Source of the DNA: Gammaproteobacteria bacterium | Lineage (GTDB): Bacteria; Pseudomonadota; Gammaproteobacteria; Ga0077536 | Assembly (NCBI GenBank): GCA_963662545.2 | Contig: CAXXLL010000003.1 | Span: 192,001-256,000 of the forward strand | DNA: 64,000 bases | Reading direction: 5' to 3' | In this document: one piece after another, positions 9,510 to 20,644 of the stretch | Layout of the letters: every line of letters begins with the position of its first letter | How positions within the stretch are numbered: position 1 is the first letter of the stretch | Made by a program: the position numbers and the translations under genes | Notes under the pieces: generated by a model | What the model was told of the DNA's origin: nothing | The model's input: only the letters and a program-made list of their open reading frames with translations | Database searches by the model: none

Positions 9510-10190
9510 ATGCCAGACTTCCCCGTAATACGCGCGCGCGGCGTGCACAAATCCTACCCGGAGGGCGACGGCCGTCACACCGTGATCCGCGGGCTCGATC
9601 TCGATATTCACGCCGGCGAGATCGTCGCGATTTTGGGGCGTAGCGGTTCGGGCAAAACGACCCTGCTCAATCTGATCGGCGCGATGGATCGCCCGAGCGC
9701 CGGCAGCATCCATTTCGGCGGCCGCGACATGTCGGACTGGAGCGACGCTGAGCGCACCCTGTTCCGCCGCCGCCGTCTCGGCTTCGTTTTTCAGGCCTTT
9801 AATTTACTGCCGACCTTGACGGTATGGGAAAACGTCGCCCTGCCCCTGGAATTGAATGCGCGGCCTTTGGACGACCAGGTCTCGCGCCTGCTCGACTCCC
9901 TTGGCTTAGCCGGCGTCGGCGATCGCTTCCCCGATCAGATCTCGGGCGGTGAACAACAGCGCGCGGCGATCGCCCGCGCCGTGGTTCATCAACCGGACCT
10001 CATCATCGCCGACGAACCGACCGGTAATCTCGACCTGGAATCCGGCCGCGAGGTCATCGGCCTGTTCGAAGCTTGCGTGCGTGGTGCCGGCGCCGCATTG
10101 GTGATGGCGACCCACAGCCGCGAGATGAGCGGCAGCGCCGACCGCGTATTAGAGCTGCGGGAAGGATCACTGATGCCGGTCAACGCGTAA
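9510..10190 (+). CDS. ABC transporter ATP-binding protein (LolD/MacB-like)
   Basis: Walker A GRSGSGKT, GFVFQ, signature ISGGEQQR, Walker B IIADEPTGNLD, ATH. Confidence 0.93.
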   Translation: MPDFPVIRARGVHKSYPEGDGRHTVIRGLDLDIHAGEIVAILGRSGSGKTTLLNLIGAMDRPSAGSIHFGGRDMSDWSDAERTLFRRRRLGFVFQAFNLLPTLTVWENVALPLELNARPLDDQVSRLLDSLGLAGVGDRFPDQISGGEQQRAAIARAVVHQPDLIIADEPTGNLDLESGREVIGLFEACVRGAGAALVMATHSREMSGSADRVLELREGSLMPVNA

Positions 10191-12718
10191 TGCTGCTGCT
10201 GCGCTCCAGCCTGCGCTACCTGTCCCTACACTGGGCTCAGTGCCTTCTGGCACTGTCGGGTATCGCGCTAGGTGTTGCCATCGTTATCGGCATGCAAGTG
10301 ACGCAACTGAGCGCGCGCCATGCATTCGCCGCATCGCTGCGCAGTATTTTTGGTTCGGCGACGCATCATGTCGTCGGCATCGGTGGCAAGTTCAGTGAAT
10401 CGCACCTCGCGCACGTTCGAAGGGTTGCGCCCGAACTGCGGCCGACACCGGTGCTGGACGGCGTGGTCCGCTTCGTGGCGGGCGATCGCAAGCTCAGTCT
10501 GCGACTGATCGGCATCGATCCGATCACGGTGGGCAACAGCGGCAACACTCCCGGGTTCGACGTTCGCGCCTTCGTGCGACGCCCGGGAGCCGCGATCATC
10601 AATCGCGACACCGCGCGCCGGCTGGGACTGGCCGCGGGAGATGAATTCGAGATCGAGAATGCCCTGCACAGTGCCCCGCTCCAGGTGCTGGCCGTACTCG
10701 AAAATGAAGGCGGCGACGGCCGGCCCTTCATCGCCAACGACGTCGTGATCGTCGACATCGCGACCGCCCAGGAATCACTGGCCGAGAACGGCGTGTTATC
10801 GCGGATCGAGCTCGACTTGTCGTCGGCCCGCGATCCCGAAGAAGCCGTGGCGAGGGTCACCGCGTCGCTGCCGGACGAATTGATGCTGGTTGAAACCGGC
10901 CGCAATGCGCGCAGTGCGCGGCAATTGACGCGCGCGTTCTACACAAATCTCGATGCCTTGAGTTTGCTCGCGCTGCTCGTCGGCGGTTTCATGATCTACA
11001 ACACCGTGTCGTTTCTCGTGGTGCAACGGTACCGGTTATTTGCGCGCCTGCGCGCGCTCGGCGTCACTCGGATCGGCGTCGCTCGACTGGTGGCCATAGA
11101 AGCCGTCGTGCTCGGCGCGCTCGGCGGACTCTTAGGGATCGCCCTCGGCTACGGCCTGGCAGGCGGCATGATGTCTTCCGTAGCACGCACGGTGCGCGAT
11201 CATTATTTCGATGCCGGCGCCGCGAGCGTCGTTTTTTCCCCGTTGCTGGCCTCCGGTGGTTTCGCGCTTGCGATAGCGGCCACCCTCGCTGCAGCGCTGG
11301 TTCCAGCCTGGGCCGCGGCCCGCGCCGATCCGGTCGATGCGGCGCGTTACTCCTTCGTCGACCGTGCGGCCGGCCGCGGCATGATATGGGCGGAATGGAT
11401 CGGGATCGCCATGGCGTTCGCCGGCGCCTTGATGCTGGCCGGATCTGAGCGTTCGGTCGTCGCGGGCTTCGGCGCCCTCGGCTGCTTCATCCTGGCTTCG
11501 ATGTTGGTGGTTCCTCGCAGCGTGCAGCGCCTGCTGGGATTCCTCGACAAACACTTCGGCCGGCGTCTCGCCCTGGCCGAACGCATGGCGCTCAGGAGCA
11601 CGTCACGTTCCATGGGCCGCATTGGCATGGCGATCGCTGCGCTCATGGCCGCGACCGCCACCAGCATCGGCGTCGGCATCATGGTGGCGAGCTTTCGCAT
11701 GTCGGTGAGCGACTGGCTGGACCATCTCCTGCGTGCCGATCTCTACGTCTCCCAATCCTTCGAGGGACGCGCCTCGCCTGTGATCGGTCGCGAAATCATC
11801 GACGCCTTGTCGTCGCGTGGGGACATCTCCGCGTTGAGCAAAGTGCGTCGAGCCACTGTGGCGAGCGAGCAGGGTGAAATACGGGTGACCGCCTACGAAC
11901 TGCCGCCCGCAGCTCGCAAGGGTTTCCGCTTCCTGCATGGCGACGCTGAACAGGTCTGGAAGAAATGGCGCAACGCGGATCTGGCCATCATTTCAGAACC
12001 CTTCGCCTACCGGCATGAACTCGAAGTGGGTGACGCCGTTCGCCTCAACACCCCAACCGGCTCCGTCGAGTTCGAAGTGGCCGGTGTTTACTCGGACTAC
12101 GGTAGCGATCAGGGCGCACTCGCCGTCAGTCTGGCAAGGTTTTCACGGCACTGGCGCGATACGCGCGTCCACGGGCTCGGCGTTTATCCTGCCGCGGGGA
12201 CCGATCACCGCGTTTTAAAAATAGAGATCGAGCGTCTTCTTGCGGAGACGACGAATCTTTCAGTCTGGTCGAATGCGGAGCTCAAGGCGCAGTCGTTGGC
12301 GGTGTTCGATCGCACGTTCACGATCACGGACGTGCTGACCGTATTCGCCACCCTGATCGCAGCGCTCGGCGTATTCAACGCGATGATGGCCCTGCATCTC
12401 GAACGTGAACGCGAATACGCGGTCATGCAGGCGACCGGGTGTAGTGCCGCCATCATGCGGCGCGGGCTCTACACCCAAGCGCTGATCGTCGGGGTGCTCG
12501 CCGCCCTGTTCGCGCTGCCGGTGGGATGGGGCATCGCGCTTTTGTTGATCGAGGTGATCAACGTGCGTTCATTCGGATGGACGATGGCATTGCATGCGGA
12601 TTATTCCGCGTTGCTTCTTCCGGCGCTGTTTGCGATCGCCGCGGCGATCGCCGCGAGTATCTACCCGGCCGAACGCGTCGTGCGCATCGATCCGGCGGCG
12701 GCGCTGCGCGATGAATAG
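10190..12718 (+). CDS. FtsX/MacB-like ABC permease (two permease halves)
   Basis: TAATG coupling; two TM clusters each after a periplasmic domain; LRALG and EREREYAVMQATG; C-terminal IDPAAALRDE. Confidence 0.9.
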   Translation: MLLLRSSLRYLSLHWAQCLLALSGIALGVAIVIGMQVTQLSARHAFAASLRSIFGSATHHVVGIGGKFSESHLAHVRRVAPELRPTPVLDGVVRFVAGDRKLSLRLIGIDPITVGNSGNTPGFDVRAFVRRPGAAIINRDTARRLGLAAGDEFEIENALHSAPLQVLAVLENEGGDGRPFIANDVVIVDIATAQESLAENGVLSRIELDLSSARDPEEAVARVTASLPDELMLVETGRNARSARQLTRAFYTNLDALSLLALLVGGFMIYNTVSFLVVQRYRLFARLRALGVTRIGVARLVAIEAVVLGALGGLLGIALGYGLAGGMMSSVARTVRDHYFDAGAASVVFSPLLASGGFALAIAATLAAALVPAWAAARADPVDAARYSFVDRAAGRGMIWAEWIGIAMAFAGALMLAGSERSVVAGFGALGCFILASMLVVPRSVQRLLGFLDKHFGRRLALAERMALRSTSRSMGRIGMAIAALMAATATSIGVGIMVASFRMSVSDWLDHLLRADLYVSQSFEGRASPVIGREIIDALSSRGDISALSKVRRATVASEQGEIRVTAYELPPAARKGFRFLHGDAEQVWKKWRNADLAIISEPFAYRHELEVGDAVRLNTPTGSVEFEVAGVYSDYGSDQGALAVSLARFSRHWRDTRVHGLGVYPAAGTDHRVLKIEIERLLAETTNLSVWSNAELKAQSLAVFDRTFTITDVLTVFATLIAALGVFNAMMALHLEREREYAVMQATGCSAAIMRRGLYTQALIVGVLAALFALPVGWGIALLLIEVINVRSFGWTMALHADYSALLLPALFAIAAAIAASIYPAERVVRIDPAAALRDE

Positions 12719-13859
12719 CAGCACCGTCCTCAGCGCAATTCTCGTCATCGCGGTACTCACCGTCGGCGCCACTTTGTTCGTGCAATACGGGCACCGCCCG
12801 CCGCCGCCGGTGTCGTCGGCATCGACGACGATCGATCTGCTGGCCGAAGTCGTCGGCAGCGATGCATTCGAACGCGCCGATGCGGTGCGGGCATTCCAAT
12901 TTCCGCGTGACCACGGCATGCACGAAGAATTCCGCACCGAGTGGTGGTACTTCACCGGGCATTTGACTGACGCCGAACAGCGGCCCTACGGCTTCCAGTT
13001 CACCCTGTTTCGGTTCGAACTCGACGACGATAAGCACGCTTCAGAATCGGCGTGGCGAACGCCACGCGTGTTTCTCGGACATTTCGCCATCACGGATATC
13101 GGCAGCGGGAAGTTTTACGCGTTCGAGCGCATGAGCCGGGCCTTTCCGGGGATCGCCGGCGCCAGCATCGATCCGCAGGCCGTGTGGCTCGATGACTGGC
13201 GGGTGGAATTCGACGGCGACGCGCATTGGTCACTGCACGCACGACATGACACGGTGGAACTCGAGCTCACACTCGCCCCCCTGACCCCGGTCGTGGCCCA
13301 GGGTGAAGGCGGGCTCTCGCGGAAAAGCGCGGCGCGCGGCAACGCCTCTTATTACTACTCCATTCCCCGCCTGCACGCGCGCGGCGTACTGCGCCTGCCG
13401 TCGGGCGAACACGCTGTTGAGGGCGAGGCATGGCTCGATCGCGAGTGGAGCACGAGCGCGCTCGACCGTGATCTGGTGGGATGGGACTGGTTTGCCCTGC
13501 AGTTCGAAGATTCGAGCACGCTCATGTTTTACCGGCTGCGGCGCCGCGACGGGAAGCCCGATCCGTACAGCGCGGGTAGTTATATCTCGGCCAGCGGAGA
13601 AGCGATCACGCTCGGCGCGGACGACGTACGCATCGAGGTCGCATCGACCTGGACGAGCGACGTGACGCGAACAAGGTATCCGAGCGCCTGGAAAATCGAA
13701 GTCGAGGAACTCGACCTGTCGGTCAGCATCGTGCCGCGAGTAGCGGCGCAGGAATGGCAAGGCCAGTTCCGCTACTGGGAAGGTGCCGCGTCATTTACCG
13801 GCAAGCGCGGGTCAACCGCGGTCGGTGGTCTGGCCTACGTGGAATTGACGGGTTATTGA
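12711..13859 (+). CDS. CrtC/AttH-like lipocalin-fold protein
   Basis: FPRDHGMHEEFRTEWWYFTG, GFQFTLFR, ASYYYS, AWLDREWS, GWDWFALQ, YWEG, YVELTGY; N-terminal anchor. Confidence 0.88.
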   Translation: MNSSTVLSAILVIAVLTVGATLFVQYGHRPPPPVSSASTTIDLLAEVVGSDAFERADAVRAFQFPRDHGMHEEFRTEWWYFTGHLTDAEQRPYGFQFTLFRFELDDDKHASESAWRTPRVFLGHFAITDIGSGKFYAFERMSRAFPGIAGASIDPQAVWLDDWRVEFDGDAHWSLHARHDTVELELTLAPLTPVVAQGEGGLSRKSAARGNASYYYSIPRLHARGVLRLPSGEHAVEGEAWLDREWSTSALDRDLVGWDWFALQFEDSSTLMFYRLRRRDGKPDPYSAGSYISASGEAITLGADDVRIEVASTWTSDVTRTRYPSAWKIEVEELDLSVSIVPRVAAQEWQGQFRYWEGAASFTGKRGSTAVGGLAYVELTGY

Positions 13860-13888
13860 ATCGTGCCGGCGGGCGTTGCGCTTTAGCG

Positions 13889-15289
13889 TTAAGACGCGAG
13901 TTCGTAGCAGGGATGATAGACACTCCCCGGCAGGCGCATGCGCTGCTGCTGAACAAACCCGGTCAACAATTCGTCGAGCGCCTGCATGATCTGGCGATCT
14001 CCGGTGAGTTGAAACGGTCCGTGCGCTTCGACGGCCGCGATACCGTCATCCTTGACGTTCCCCGCGACGAGCCCGGAAAACACGCGCCGAAGGTTCGAGG
14101 CCAATTCGTGCGGCTGAAGTCGGCGTGATATTTCGAGTGCGGACATCGCCGCGTGGGTGGCCGGGAACGGCGCCTGGTAATCTCCCGTCACATTCAGCCC
14201 CCAGTTGAAATACGGTGCGTCGTCGTGGTTGTCGCGATACTGAAAGACGTCCCCAATGGCTGATGCCTGCAGTTGTGCAACCCCGTGCGGGTCACCGATG
14301 ATAATGCGATAACGCGTAGCGCTCTCGGCGCCCAGTACACCCCGGATGAATTCGTCGAGTGACTCGAAGTACGGGGCGCTTTCTTGCGGTCCGGTCAGGA
14401 CGACCGGCAGCGGCTGATGGAGATTGTCCGGATGCGCGAGCAGGCCCAGCAGGTAGAGGATCTCTTCAGTCGTACCCACGCCACCGGGAAAGATCACGAT
14501 GCCGTGCGCAAGGCGCACGAACGCTTCGAGCCGTTTTTCCATGTCCGGCATGATCACGAGCGCGTTCACGATCGGATTCGGCGCCTCGGCCGCGATGATG
14601 CCGGGCTCGGAGATGCCGATATAACGCCCCCGGCTGAGCCGCTGCTTGGCGTGTGCAATCGTCGCGCCCTTCATCGGTCCTTTCATAGCACCGGGCCCGC
14701 AACCGGTACAAATGTCGAGTCCCCGCAGGCCTAGTGCATAGCCGACTTCCTTGCTGTAGTCGTACTCAACTCGATCGATGGCATGTCCACCCCAGCACAC
14801 CACCACGCCGCGATCGTTGCCCGGCACTAACAGGCCCGCGTGCCTGAGAATCTTGAACACGGTATCGGTGACGCCCGCGGCCGTTCCCAGGTCGAACTGC
14901 GCACCCTGCTCGAGTTCCTGGGTGTTGTAGACGATATCGCGGAGCACGGCGAACAGGTGCTCGCGCACGCCGTGGATCATCTGCCCGTCGACAAAGGCAA
15001 TCGCCGGCGCATTGCGGAGATCGAGGCGCAGTCCGCGGTCCTCCTGCTCGAGCGTGACGGAGAAATCGTGGTAGCGCTCCAGCAAGGCACGGGCGTCGTC
15101 GATCTCCTCGCCGCTGCTCAGCACGGCGAGCGCACAGCGCCGAAAGAGGTCATTCATGACTGGCGTGCTGCGATCGCACAAGGCATTCACTTCCTGCTGG
15201 GACAGCAGGGCCAGGTTCGATTCCGGCGCGACGCTAGCCCGGGCGACGACCGCGGCGGAGCGCGGCATTTGATCTGACGGAGGGGTCAT
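13889..15289 (-). CDS. ppnN: Nucleotide 5'-monophosphate nucleosidase (LOG family)
   Basis: LSQQEV, LFRRCALAVL, VVCWGGH, CTGCGPGAMKGPMKGA, MPDMEKRLEAFVR, FPGGVGTTEEILY, VAGNVK. Confidence 0.93.
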   Translation of the reverse strand: MTPPSDQMPRSAAVVARASVAPESNLALLSQQEVNALCDRSTPVMNDLFRRCALAVLSSGEEIDDARALLERYHDFSVTLEQEDRGLRLDLRNAPAIAFVDGQMIHGVREHLFAVLRDIVYNTQELEQGAQFDLGTAAGVTDTVFKILRHAGLLVPGNDRGVVVCWGGHAIDRVEYDYSKEVGYALGLRGLDICTGCGPGAMKGPMKGATIAHAKQRLSRGRYIGISEPGIIAAEAPNPIVNALVIMPDMEKRLEAFVRLAHGIVIFPGGVGTTEEILYLLGLLAHPDNLHQPLPVVLTGPQESAPYFESLDEFIRGVLGAESATRYRIIIGDPHGVAQLQASAIGDVFQYRDNHDDAPYFNWGLNVTGDYQAPFPATHAAMSALEISRRLQPHELASNLRRVFSGLVAGNVKDDGIAAVEAHGPFQLTGDRQIMQALDELLTGFVQQQRMRLPGSVYHPCYELAS

Positions 15290-15447
15290 GGCTTAAATTA
15301 GCAGTTACGACAAGTAGTTGAAGTTCTTTATTATGATCCTATAATATTTCATTTAAGATCAGCTAATTAAATGATCATAATAAGATCAATTATCAATTAA
15401 AGCGCGTAATCCGCAATATGTGAAGCATAATTCTGGGGTGTGCGGCA

Positions 15448-15687
15448 ATGAGAACGAGACGGGTATCGGAACGCTGGAGCGACCTGGTCGAGGAGCTGAA
15501 GCAACTCGAAGCCTACTTCCCCAACCTGGGGACAGAAACCGATCGCGACGAAATCGAAGCCGAAGTTCAGGACCTGGAAGAACTCATCGCGGCCGCCGGG
15601 GAGGCCGAGGACGAGCATTCGTTGCGTGCCCTGACCTTTCTGCAGACCGAACTCGTCCGCAAGCGCGCCATGCTGGACGGTCTCTGA
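15448..15687 (+). CDS. Small acidic helical hypothetical protein
   Basis: 79 aa ATG ORF with GC-rich third positions; E/D-rich coiled-coil character. Confidence 0.65.
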   Translation: MRTRRVSERWSDLVEELKQLEAYFPNLGTETDRDEIEAEVQDLEELIAAAGEAEDEHSLRALTFLQTELVRKRAMLDGL

Positions 15688-15753
15688 TCCCCGCTGATCC
15701 GCGGCCGGCTTCACTCCACACTGTCGTTCTCCATTTCTGCCCACCTCCGGCGT

Positions 15754-17640
15754 ATGATGCCGCGGCACCGCAGGGATCTCACCGTGCCGACCCGACGCCA
15801 TTTCATCCGCTACCTGAGTCTGGCTTCTCTCGCCGCTGCTAGCCGCTTGTCATCGGCAGGACCGGGCGGGCCGCTCGCGAACGTGCGCGGACTCGACTTC
15901 GAGGAAATAGCCCACGGCGTCGACCCGACCCACCACGTTCCGCCGGGGTACGTCGCCCAGGTCCTCCTCCGCTGGGGCGATCCGATCCTGCCGGGGGCAC
16001 CGGCCTGGTCTCCCGGCACTATCAGCGCGGCCGGTCAGGCAACGCAGTTCGGCTATAACAATGATTTCGTCGCCTTCATGCCGCTGCCGCTGGGCAGCGC
16101 CTCCTCGGCCCGGGGTCTTCTTTGCGTCAACCACGAATTTACCAATACGCAATTCATTTGGCCGGGGCTCAATACAATGAACATCAGCCGATCGATGTCG
16201 CGCGAACGCACCGCGGCCGAGATGGCGGCCGTCGGCCATAGCGTAGTTGAGATCGAACTCGGCGCTAGCGGCTGGCGTACCAAAAACAGTCCGTTCAACC
16301 GCCGCCTGACCGCAGACAGCCCGATGCGTCTCTCGGGCCCCGCGGCGGGCCATACGCGTGTTCAAACCAACGAAGACACGCAAGGTTACAACTGCCGCGG
16401 GGTTCTCAATCCGTGCAGCGGCGGCAAAACGCCTTGGAGCACGGTGTTGATCGCCGATGAAAATTTCAACCTGATGTTCGCAGGCCATACACAGGACCGA
16501 CGTGAGCGGCGCAATCATCAACGTTACGGGGTAGGAAGCTCCAATGTCTATTCCTGGTGGCCGCGGCATTTCGAGCGATTCAACGTCGCGCGCGATTCGC
16601 GCGAGGCCAACCGCTTCGGCTGGGTCGTCGAACTCGATCCCTACGAAACTGATTCAATGCCCATAAAACGGACCGCACTCGGGCGCTTCAAGCACGAAGC
16701 TGCGACCTGTGCCCTGAACCGCGACGGCCGCGTCGTCGTCTACCTCGGTGACGACGAAACATTCGAGTACTTATACAAATTCGTCAGTGCGCAGCGCTTC
16801 GATGCATCCGATCGAAGCGCGAACCGGAACCTGCTCGACGAGGGCACGCTCTATACCGCGCGGTTTTACGACGACGGACGGCTCGAGTGGTTGCCGCTGC
16901 GATTCGGCTCGGGCCCGTTGACGCGAGAAAACGACTTTCACGATCAAGGCGAGGTCTTGATCGAAACACGGCGTGCCGCCGACCTCGTGGGAGCTACCAG
17001 GCTAGATCGTCCCGAAGACGTCGAAGCCAATCTGCAGGACGGCGTGATCTATGCGATGTTGACCAACAACACCTCACGGCACATGGACGCGCTCGATGCG
17101 GCGAACCCCCGGTCGCACAACGCCTTCGGTCACATTCTCAAACTGCTGCCGCCCGGGGCTCCCGGCACCGTGGTCGACCATGCGGCCGACGAATTTCAGT
17201 GGGAAATATTCTTGCTCGCGGGAAATCCGGACGAACCCGCGCATCATGCCCGTTACCCGGGCGCGGTGTCGGCGAACGGCTGGTTGGCGTCACCGGACAA
17301 CTGTGCGTTCGACCCTAAAGGCAGGCTGTGGATAGCGAGCGATCAGGGGCGCGGATCAGCCAGAACAGGCATTGCTGACGGCTTGTGGGCCTGTGGGGAG
17401 GACGCAGTCGGTCGCTTCGTGATCAAGCGCTTCTTTCGCGCCCCGATCGGCGCCGAAGTCTGCGGACCCGAATTCACGCCGGACGGCCGCACCCTTTTTC
17501 TGGCAATACAGCATCCGGGCGTCAACGGCGCGGATTATGACCATCCGGGCACGCGCTGGCCGGATTTCGAACACGGCACGCCGCCACGTCCCGCCGTGCT
17601 TGCGATCACGCGTGAGGACGGCGATGAAATCGGTGTTTGA
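15754..17640 (+). CDS. phoX: PhoX-family alkaline phosphatase (Tat-exported)
   Basis: TRRHFI twin-Arg signal; QFGYNND, LCVNHE, TPW, NRFGWVVELDP, KRTALGRFKHE, DRPEDVE, PDNC, IQHPG; start may be GTG 15784. Confidence 0.92.
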   Translation: MMPRHRRDLTVPTRRHFIRYLSLASLAAASRLSSAGPGGPLANVRGLDFEEIAHGVDPTHHVPPGYVAQVLLRWGDPILPGAPAWSPGTISAAGQATQFGYNNDFVAFMPLPLGSASSARGLLCVNHEFTNTQFIWPGLNTMNISRSMSRERTAAEMAAVGHSVVEIELGASGWRTKNSPFNRRLTADSPMRLSGPAAGHTRVQTNEDTQGYNCRGVLNPCSGGKTPWSTVLIADENFNLMFAGHTQDRRERRNHQRYGVGSSNVYSWWPRHFERFNVARDSREANRFGWVVELDPYETDSMPIKRTALGRFKHEAATCALNRDGRVVVYLGDDETFEYLYKFVSAQRFDASDRSANRNLLDEGTLYTARFYDDGRLEWLPLRFGSGPLTRENDFHDQGEVLIETRRAADLVGATRLDRPEDVEANLQDGVIYAMLTNNTSRHMDALDAANPRSHNAFGHILKLLPPGAPGTVVDHAADEFQWEIFLLAGNPDEPAHHARYPGAVSANGWLASPDNCAFDPKGRLWIASDQGRGSARTGIADGLWACGEDAVGRFVIKRFFRAPIGAEVCGPEFTPDGRTLFLAIQHPGVNGADYDHPGTRWPDFEHGTPPRPAVLAITREDGDEIGV

Positions 17641-17688
17641 AGACGTTGAGGTTGGGCCCGTTGAATAGTATTTCGAGGGGCGTCAATG

Positions 17689-17869
17689 ATTCGACCGCAA
17701 GCGGGCTGCTGCGGGTGAGCCGGAAAAAGGAAAAGCCATTTAATGTGGCTTTTCCCCGGCGAACGCCCGGCCAGGGATGGCCGGGCTGGAGTTGAACGAA
17801 GCCCGCGCGTTCCCGCCATGGATGGCAGGCACAGAACGATCGACACCAGGAGCCAGCTTGCGGGCGAAC
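17689..17869. repeat. Composite REP region between convergent phoX and galU
   Basis: attcgaccgcaagcgggctgctgc (17689) and caggagccagcttgcgggcgaa (17847) are inverted copies of the REP at 58766/58802; internal gccagggatggc and gccatggatggc palindromes. Confidence 0.6.
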
Positions 17870-17891
17870 AAACCTGTCCAATGAGCTCGGA

Positions 17892-18767
17892 TCAGGAAAC
17901 GCGTTTATTGAGCCATCCGCTGAATTCGTTCCCCACCTCCGGGTGCTTGAGCGCGTAGTCGACGGTCGCTTGCAGGTAGCCGAATTTCGAACCACAATCG
18001 TAGCGCGTACCATCGAACTGGTAGGCGATCACCTGCTGGCGCTCGAGCAAGGTCGCGATGGCATCGGTGAGCTGTATCTCGTTGCCGGCTCCCCGTTCGG
18101 TCATTTCCAGGATGCGCATGATTCCAGCCGGCAGTATGTAGCGCCCGACCACGCCGAGATCGCTCGGCGCATCCTCCGGTTTGGGCTTTTCAACGATGCT
18201 CAACAGTCTGCTGCAACTACCCTCTAGCGGGCTGGTTTCCACGATGCCATACCTGCCGGTATCTGCGGGCGGGACCCGCTCGACGGCAATGACAGCGGCG
18301 TCGTAACGCTCGTAGTGCTCGACCATTTGCTTGAGACAACCTTTCTCACCGCCGTCGATCAAATCGTCCGGCAGCAACACGGCGAACGGTTCGTCGCCAA
18401 TGGCCGGCTGCGCGCACAGGACCGCGTGACCGAGGCCCAGCGGTTCGGCCTGCCGCACGTAGGCGCAGGCGACCCGGTCCGGAACAATGTTCTGCACGAT
18501 TTCGAGCAGGGCCTCCTTGCCGGCCTTTTCGAGTTCCGCTTCGAGTTCGTACGCTTTGTCGAAATGATCCTCGATCGACCGTTTCGTACGCCCGGTCACG
18601 AAGATTAATTCTTCGACGCCCGCTTCGACCGCTTCTTCGGCGGCATACTGGATCAGAGGCTTGTCGACGATGGGGAGCATTTCCTTGGGATTGGCTTTGG
18701 TTGCCGGTAGAAACCGGGTGCCCAGCCCCGCCACCGGGAAGACGGCTTTCCTGATCTTAGCGCTCAC
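17892..18767 (-). CDS. galU: UTP-glucose-1-phosphate uridylyltransferase
   Basis: [56 protein letters not shown]. Confidence 0.97.
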   Translation of the reverse strand: MSAKIRKAVFPVAGLGTRFLPATKANPKEMLPIVDKPLIQYAAEEAVEAGVEELIFVTGRTKRSIEDHFDKAYELEAELEKAGKEALLEIVQNIVPDRVACAYVRQAEPLGLGHAVLCAQPAIGDEPFAVLLPDDLIDGGEKGCLKQMVEHYERYDAAVIAVERVPPADTGRYGIVETSPLEGSCSRLLSIVEKPKPEDAPSDLGVVGRYILPAGIMRILEMTERGAGNEIQLTDAIATLLERQQVIAYQFDGTRYDCGSKFGYLQATVDYALKHPEVGNEFSGWLNKRVS

Positions 18768-20641
18768 TAAACGCCCCGGGTGAAAGACACCACGTTTGCG
18801 TTTCCATCGGCATCATCGCCATCCCCGACGAGTTCAGGAATGGCCTGGTGCAGGAGTTCCTCCACTTTTTCTTGATCGAAAGAATCCGTGGCGACGGCCA
18901 ATTTGGACAGGAGCGCGTTCAGCGTTTTGGGATTGACGTCGATATGTTGAGCGAGGAGCAACTTATCGTGGTGAGTCGGTGTCAGCGCTTCGGATTCATT
19001 AAACAACTCTTCGCTCAATTTTTCGCCGGCCCGTAAACCCGTATACACGATCGAAATATCCTCACCCGGATCGCGTCCCGACAATCGGATCATTTGCTCC
19101 GCGAGGTAGGTAATATTGACGGGTTCGCCCATATCCAGAACGAATATTTCCCCACCACTTCCCGCCGCCCCGGCCTGCAGGATCAGCTGGCACGCCTCGG
19201 GAATCGTCATGAAGTAACGCCGCGCCTCGGGATGCGTCACCGTGACCGGCCCGCCCGCCGCAATCTGTTCGGTAAACAAGGGCACGACGCTCCCCGCCGA
19301 GCCGAGCACGTTGCCGAATCGAACCGTCAGGAATTTCGTCTTCGACGTTTTATTGTGACCTTCACACAAAAGCTCGGCAAGCCGCTTGGTTGCGCCCATA
19401 ACGCTGCTCGGCCGCACCGCCTTGTCGGTGGAAATCAACACGAAACTTCCGGCTTCGTGCCGATGTGCCGCTTCGATCATTTCAGCGGTACCGAATACAT
19501 TATTGCGGACGGCCTCGCGCACCTGCGACTGCAGGATAGGCACGTGTTTATAGGCGGCGGCATGAAAGATCAGGGCCGGCTTGAACCGCTCGAAGACATT
19601 GTCGACTGCAGCGCGATCACAAACGTCGCCGATGACACTATGCAGGTTTAAATGAGGGTGAGACTCCCGCAATTCTTTATCGATCAGGTACAGATGATGC
19701 TCGCTGCGCTCAAACACGATCAGGCACGCAGCGCCCAATGAGGCCACCTGCCGGCAGAGTTCGGAGCCGACCGATCCGCCGCCACCGCTTACCAGTATCG
19801 ACTTGCCGGCAATTTCAGCTTGAATGAGCGTCCAATCGAGGATGACTTTATCCCTGCCGAGCAGATCGTCGATCGAGACCTCGCGCAGCGATTGGACGCT
19901 GGCGCGTCCGGAGATCATATCGTGCAACTGGGGCAGCGTCTGAAACGGCTTGCCGCTCTGTTCGCACGTCTCCACGATTTGCCGCATTTGAGCATTGCCG
20001 GCCGACGGGATGGCGATGACGATCGTTTCGGCGTCGTATCGCTCGACAATCTGCGGTAGCTGCCCGATCTTGCCCAGTACCGGGACGCCATGGATGCGCG
20101 AACGAATCAGATCTTCGTCATCGTCGACGATCCCGATCGGAATGTAGCTGCCCTCCCGCAGCATGTCGCGCACGACCATCTCGCCACCCATACCGCCGCC
20201 GACGATGATAACCCGCGTCCCGGGATAAATGTTTCGCAGGCTGATCGAATGATCTTTCCACACACGATAGAGCAATCTCGGGCCACCTAAGAGGAAGACG
20301 AGGAAGAAGGGATACAGGATCAGAACGGAACGCGGTATCCCCTCGAGCCGATTGATGAGAACGAGGATGATGCCGATCGTCACGGTGCCCAGCGCAGCGG
20401 CACGGATTATGTTCCACAGATCGGGCAGACTGGCAAACCGCCAGAGGCCCCGGTAGAGGCCGAACCGCCAGGACATCACGGCCTGTACGCCCAGCGCCAG
20501 CGGCAATGCGGTCAAGGTCGGAACGAGAAGCTCCTGCGGCGGAAGTTCGAAATTGAAACGCGCGAACAGCGCCGCAATCCAGGCGATTGCGATCGCGATC
20601 AGATCATGGAAGATGACCTTGAGGCGTGGACTGACGCTCAT
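18767..20641 (-). CDS. wbpM: Membrane-bound UDP-GlcNAc 4,6-dehydratase (WbpM/PglF/CapD family)
   Basis: Four N-terminal TMs, [60 protein letters not shown]. Confidence 0.92.
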   Translation of the reverse strand: MSVSPRLKVIFHDLIAIAIAWIAALFARFNFELPPQELLVPTLTALPLALGVQAVMSWRFGLYRGLWRFASLPDLWNIIRAAALGTVTIGIILVLINRLEGIPRSVLILYPFFLVFLLGGPRLLYRVWKDHSISLRNIYPGTRVIIVGGGMGGEMVVRDMLREGSYIPIGIVDDDEDLIRSRIHGVPVLGKIGQLPQIVERYDAETIVIAIPSAGNAQMRQIVETCEQSGKPFQTLPQLHDMISGRASVQSLREVSIDDLLGRDKVILDWTLIQAEIAGKSILVSGGGGSVGSELCRQVASLGAACLIVFERSEHHLYLIDKELRESHPHLNLHSVIGDVCDRAAVDNVFERFKPALIFHAAAYKHVPILQSQVREAVRNNVFGTAEMIEAAHRHEAGSFVLISTDKAVRPSSVMGATKRLAELLCEGHNKTSKTKFLTVRFGNVLGSAGSVVPLFTEQIAAGGPVTVTHPEARRYFMTIPEACQLILQAGAAGSGGEIFVLDMGEPVNITYLAEQMIRLSGRDPGEDISIVYTGLRAGEKLSEELFNESEALTPTHHDKLLLAQHIDVNPKTLNALLSKLAVATDSFDQEKVEELLHQAIPELVGDGDDADGNANVVSFTRGV

Positions 20642-20644
20642 CGC

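Noticed and set aside
15293-15400. oriC
   Set aside because: AT-rich with GATCs, but no TTATCCACA boxes seen and no dnaA/gidA context
15399-15426. dif-like site AAAGCGCGTAA-TCCGCA-ATATGTGAAGC
   Set aside because: Only 7/11 match in each arm to E. coli dif, and the normally well-conserved XerD arm is degenerate
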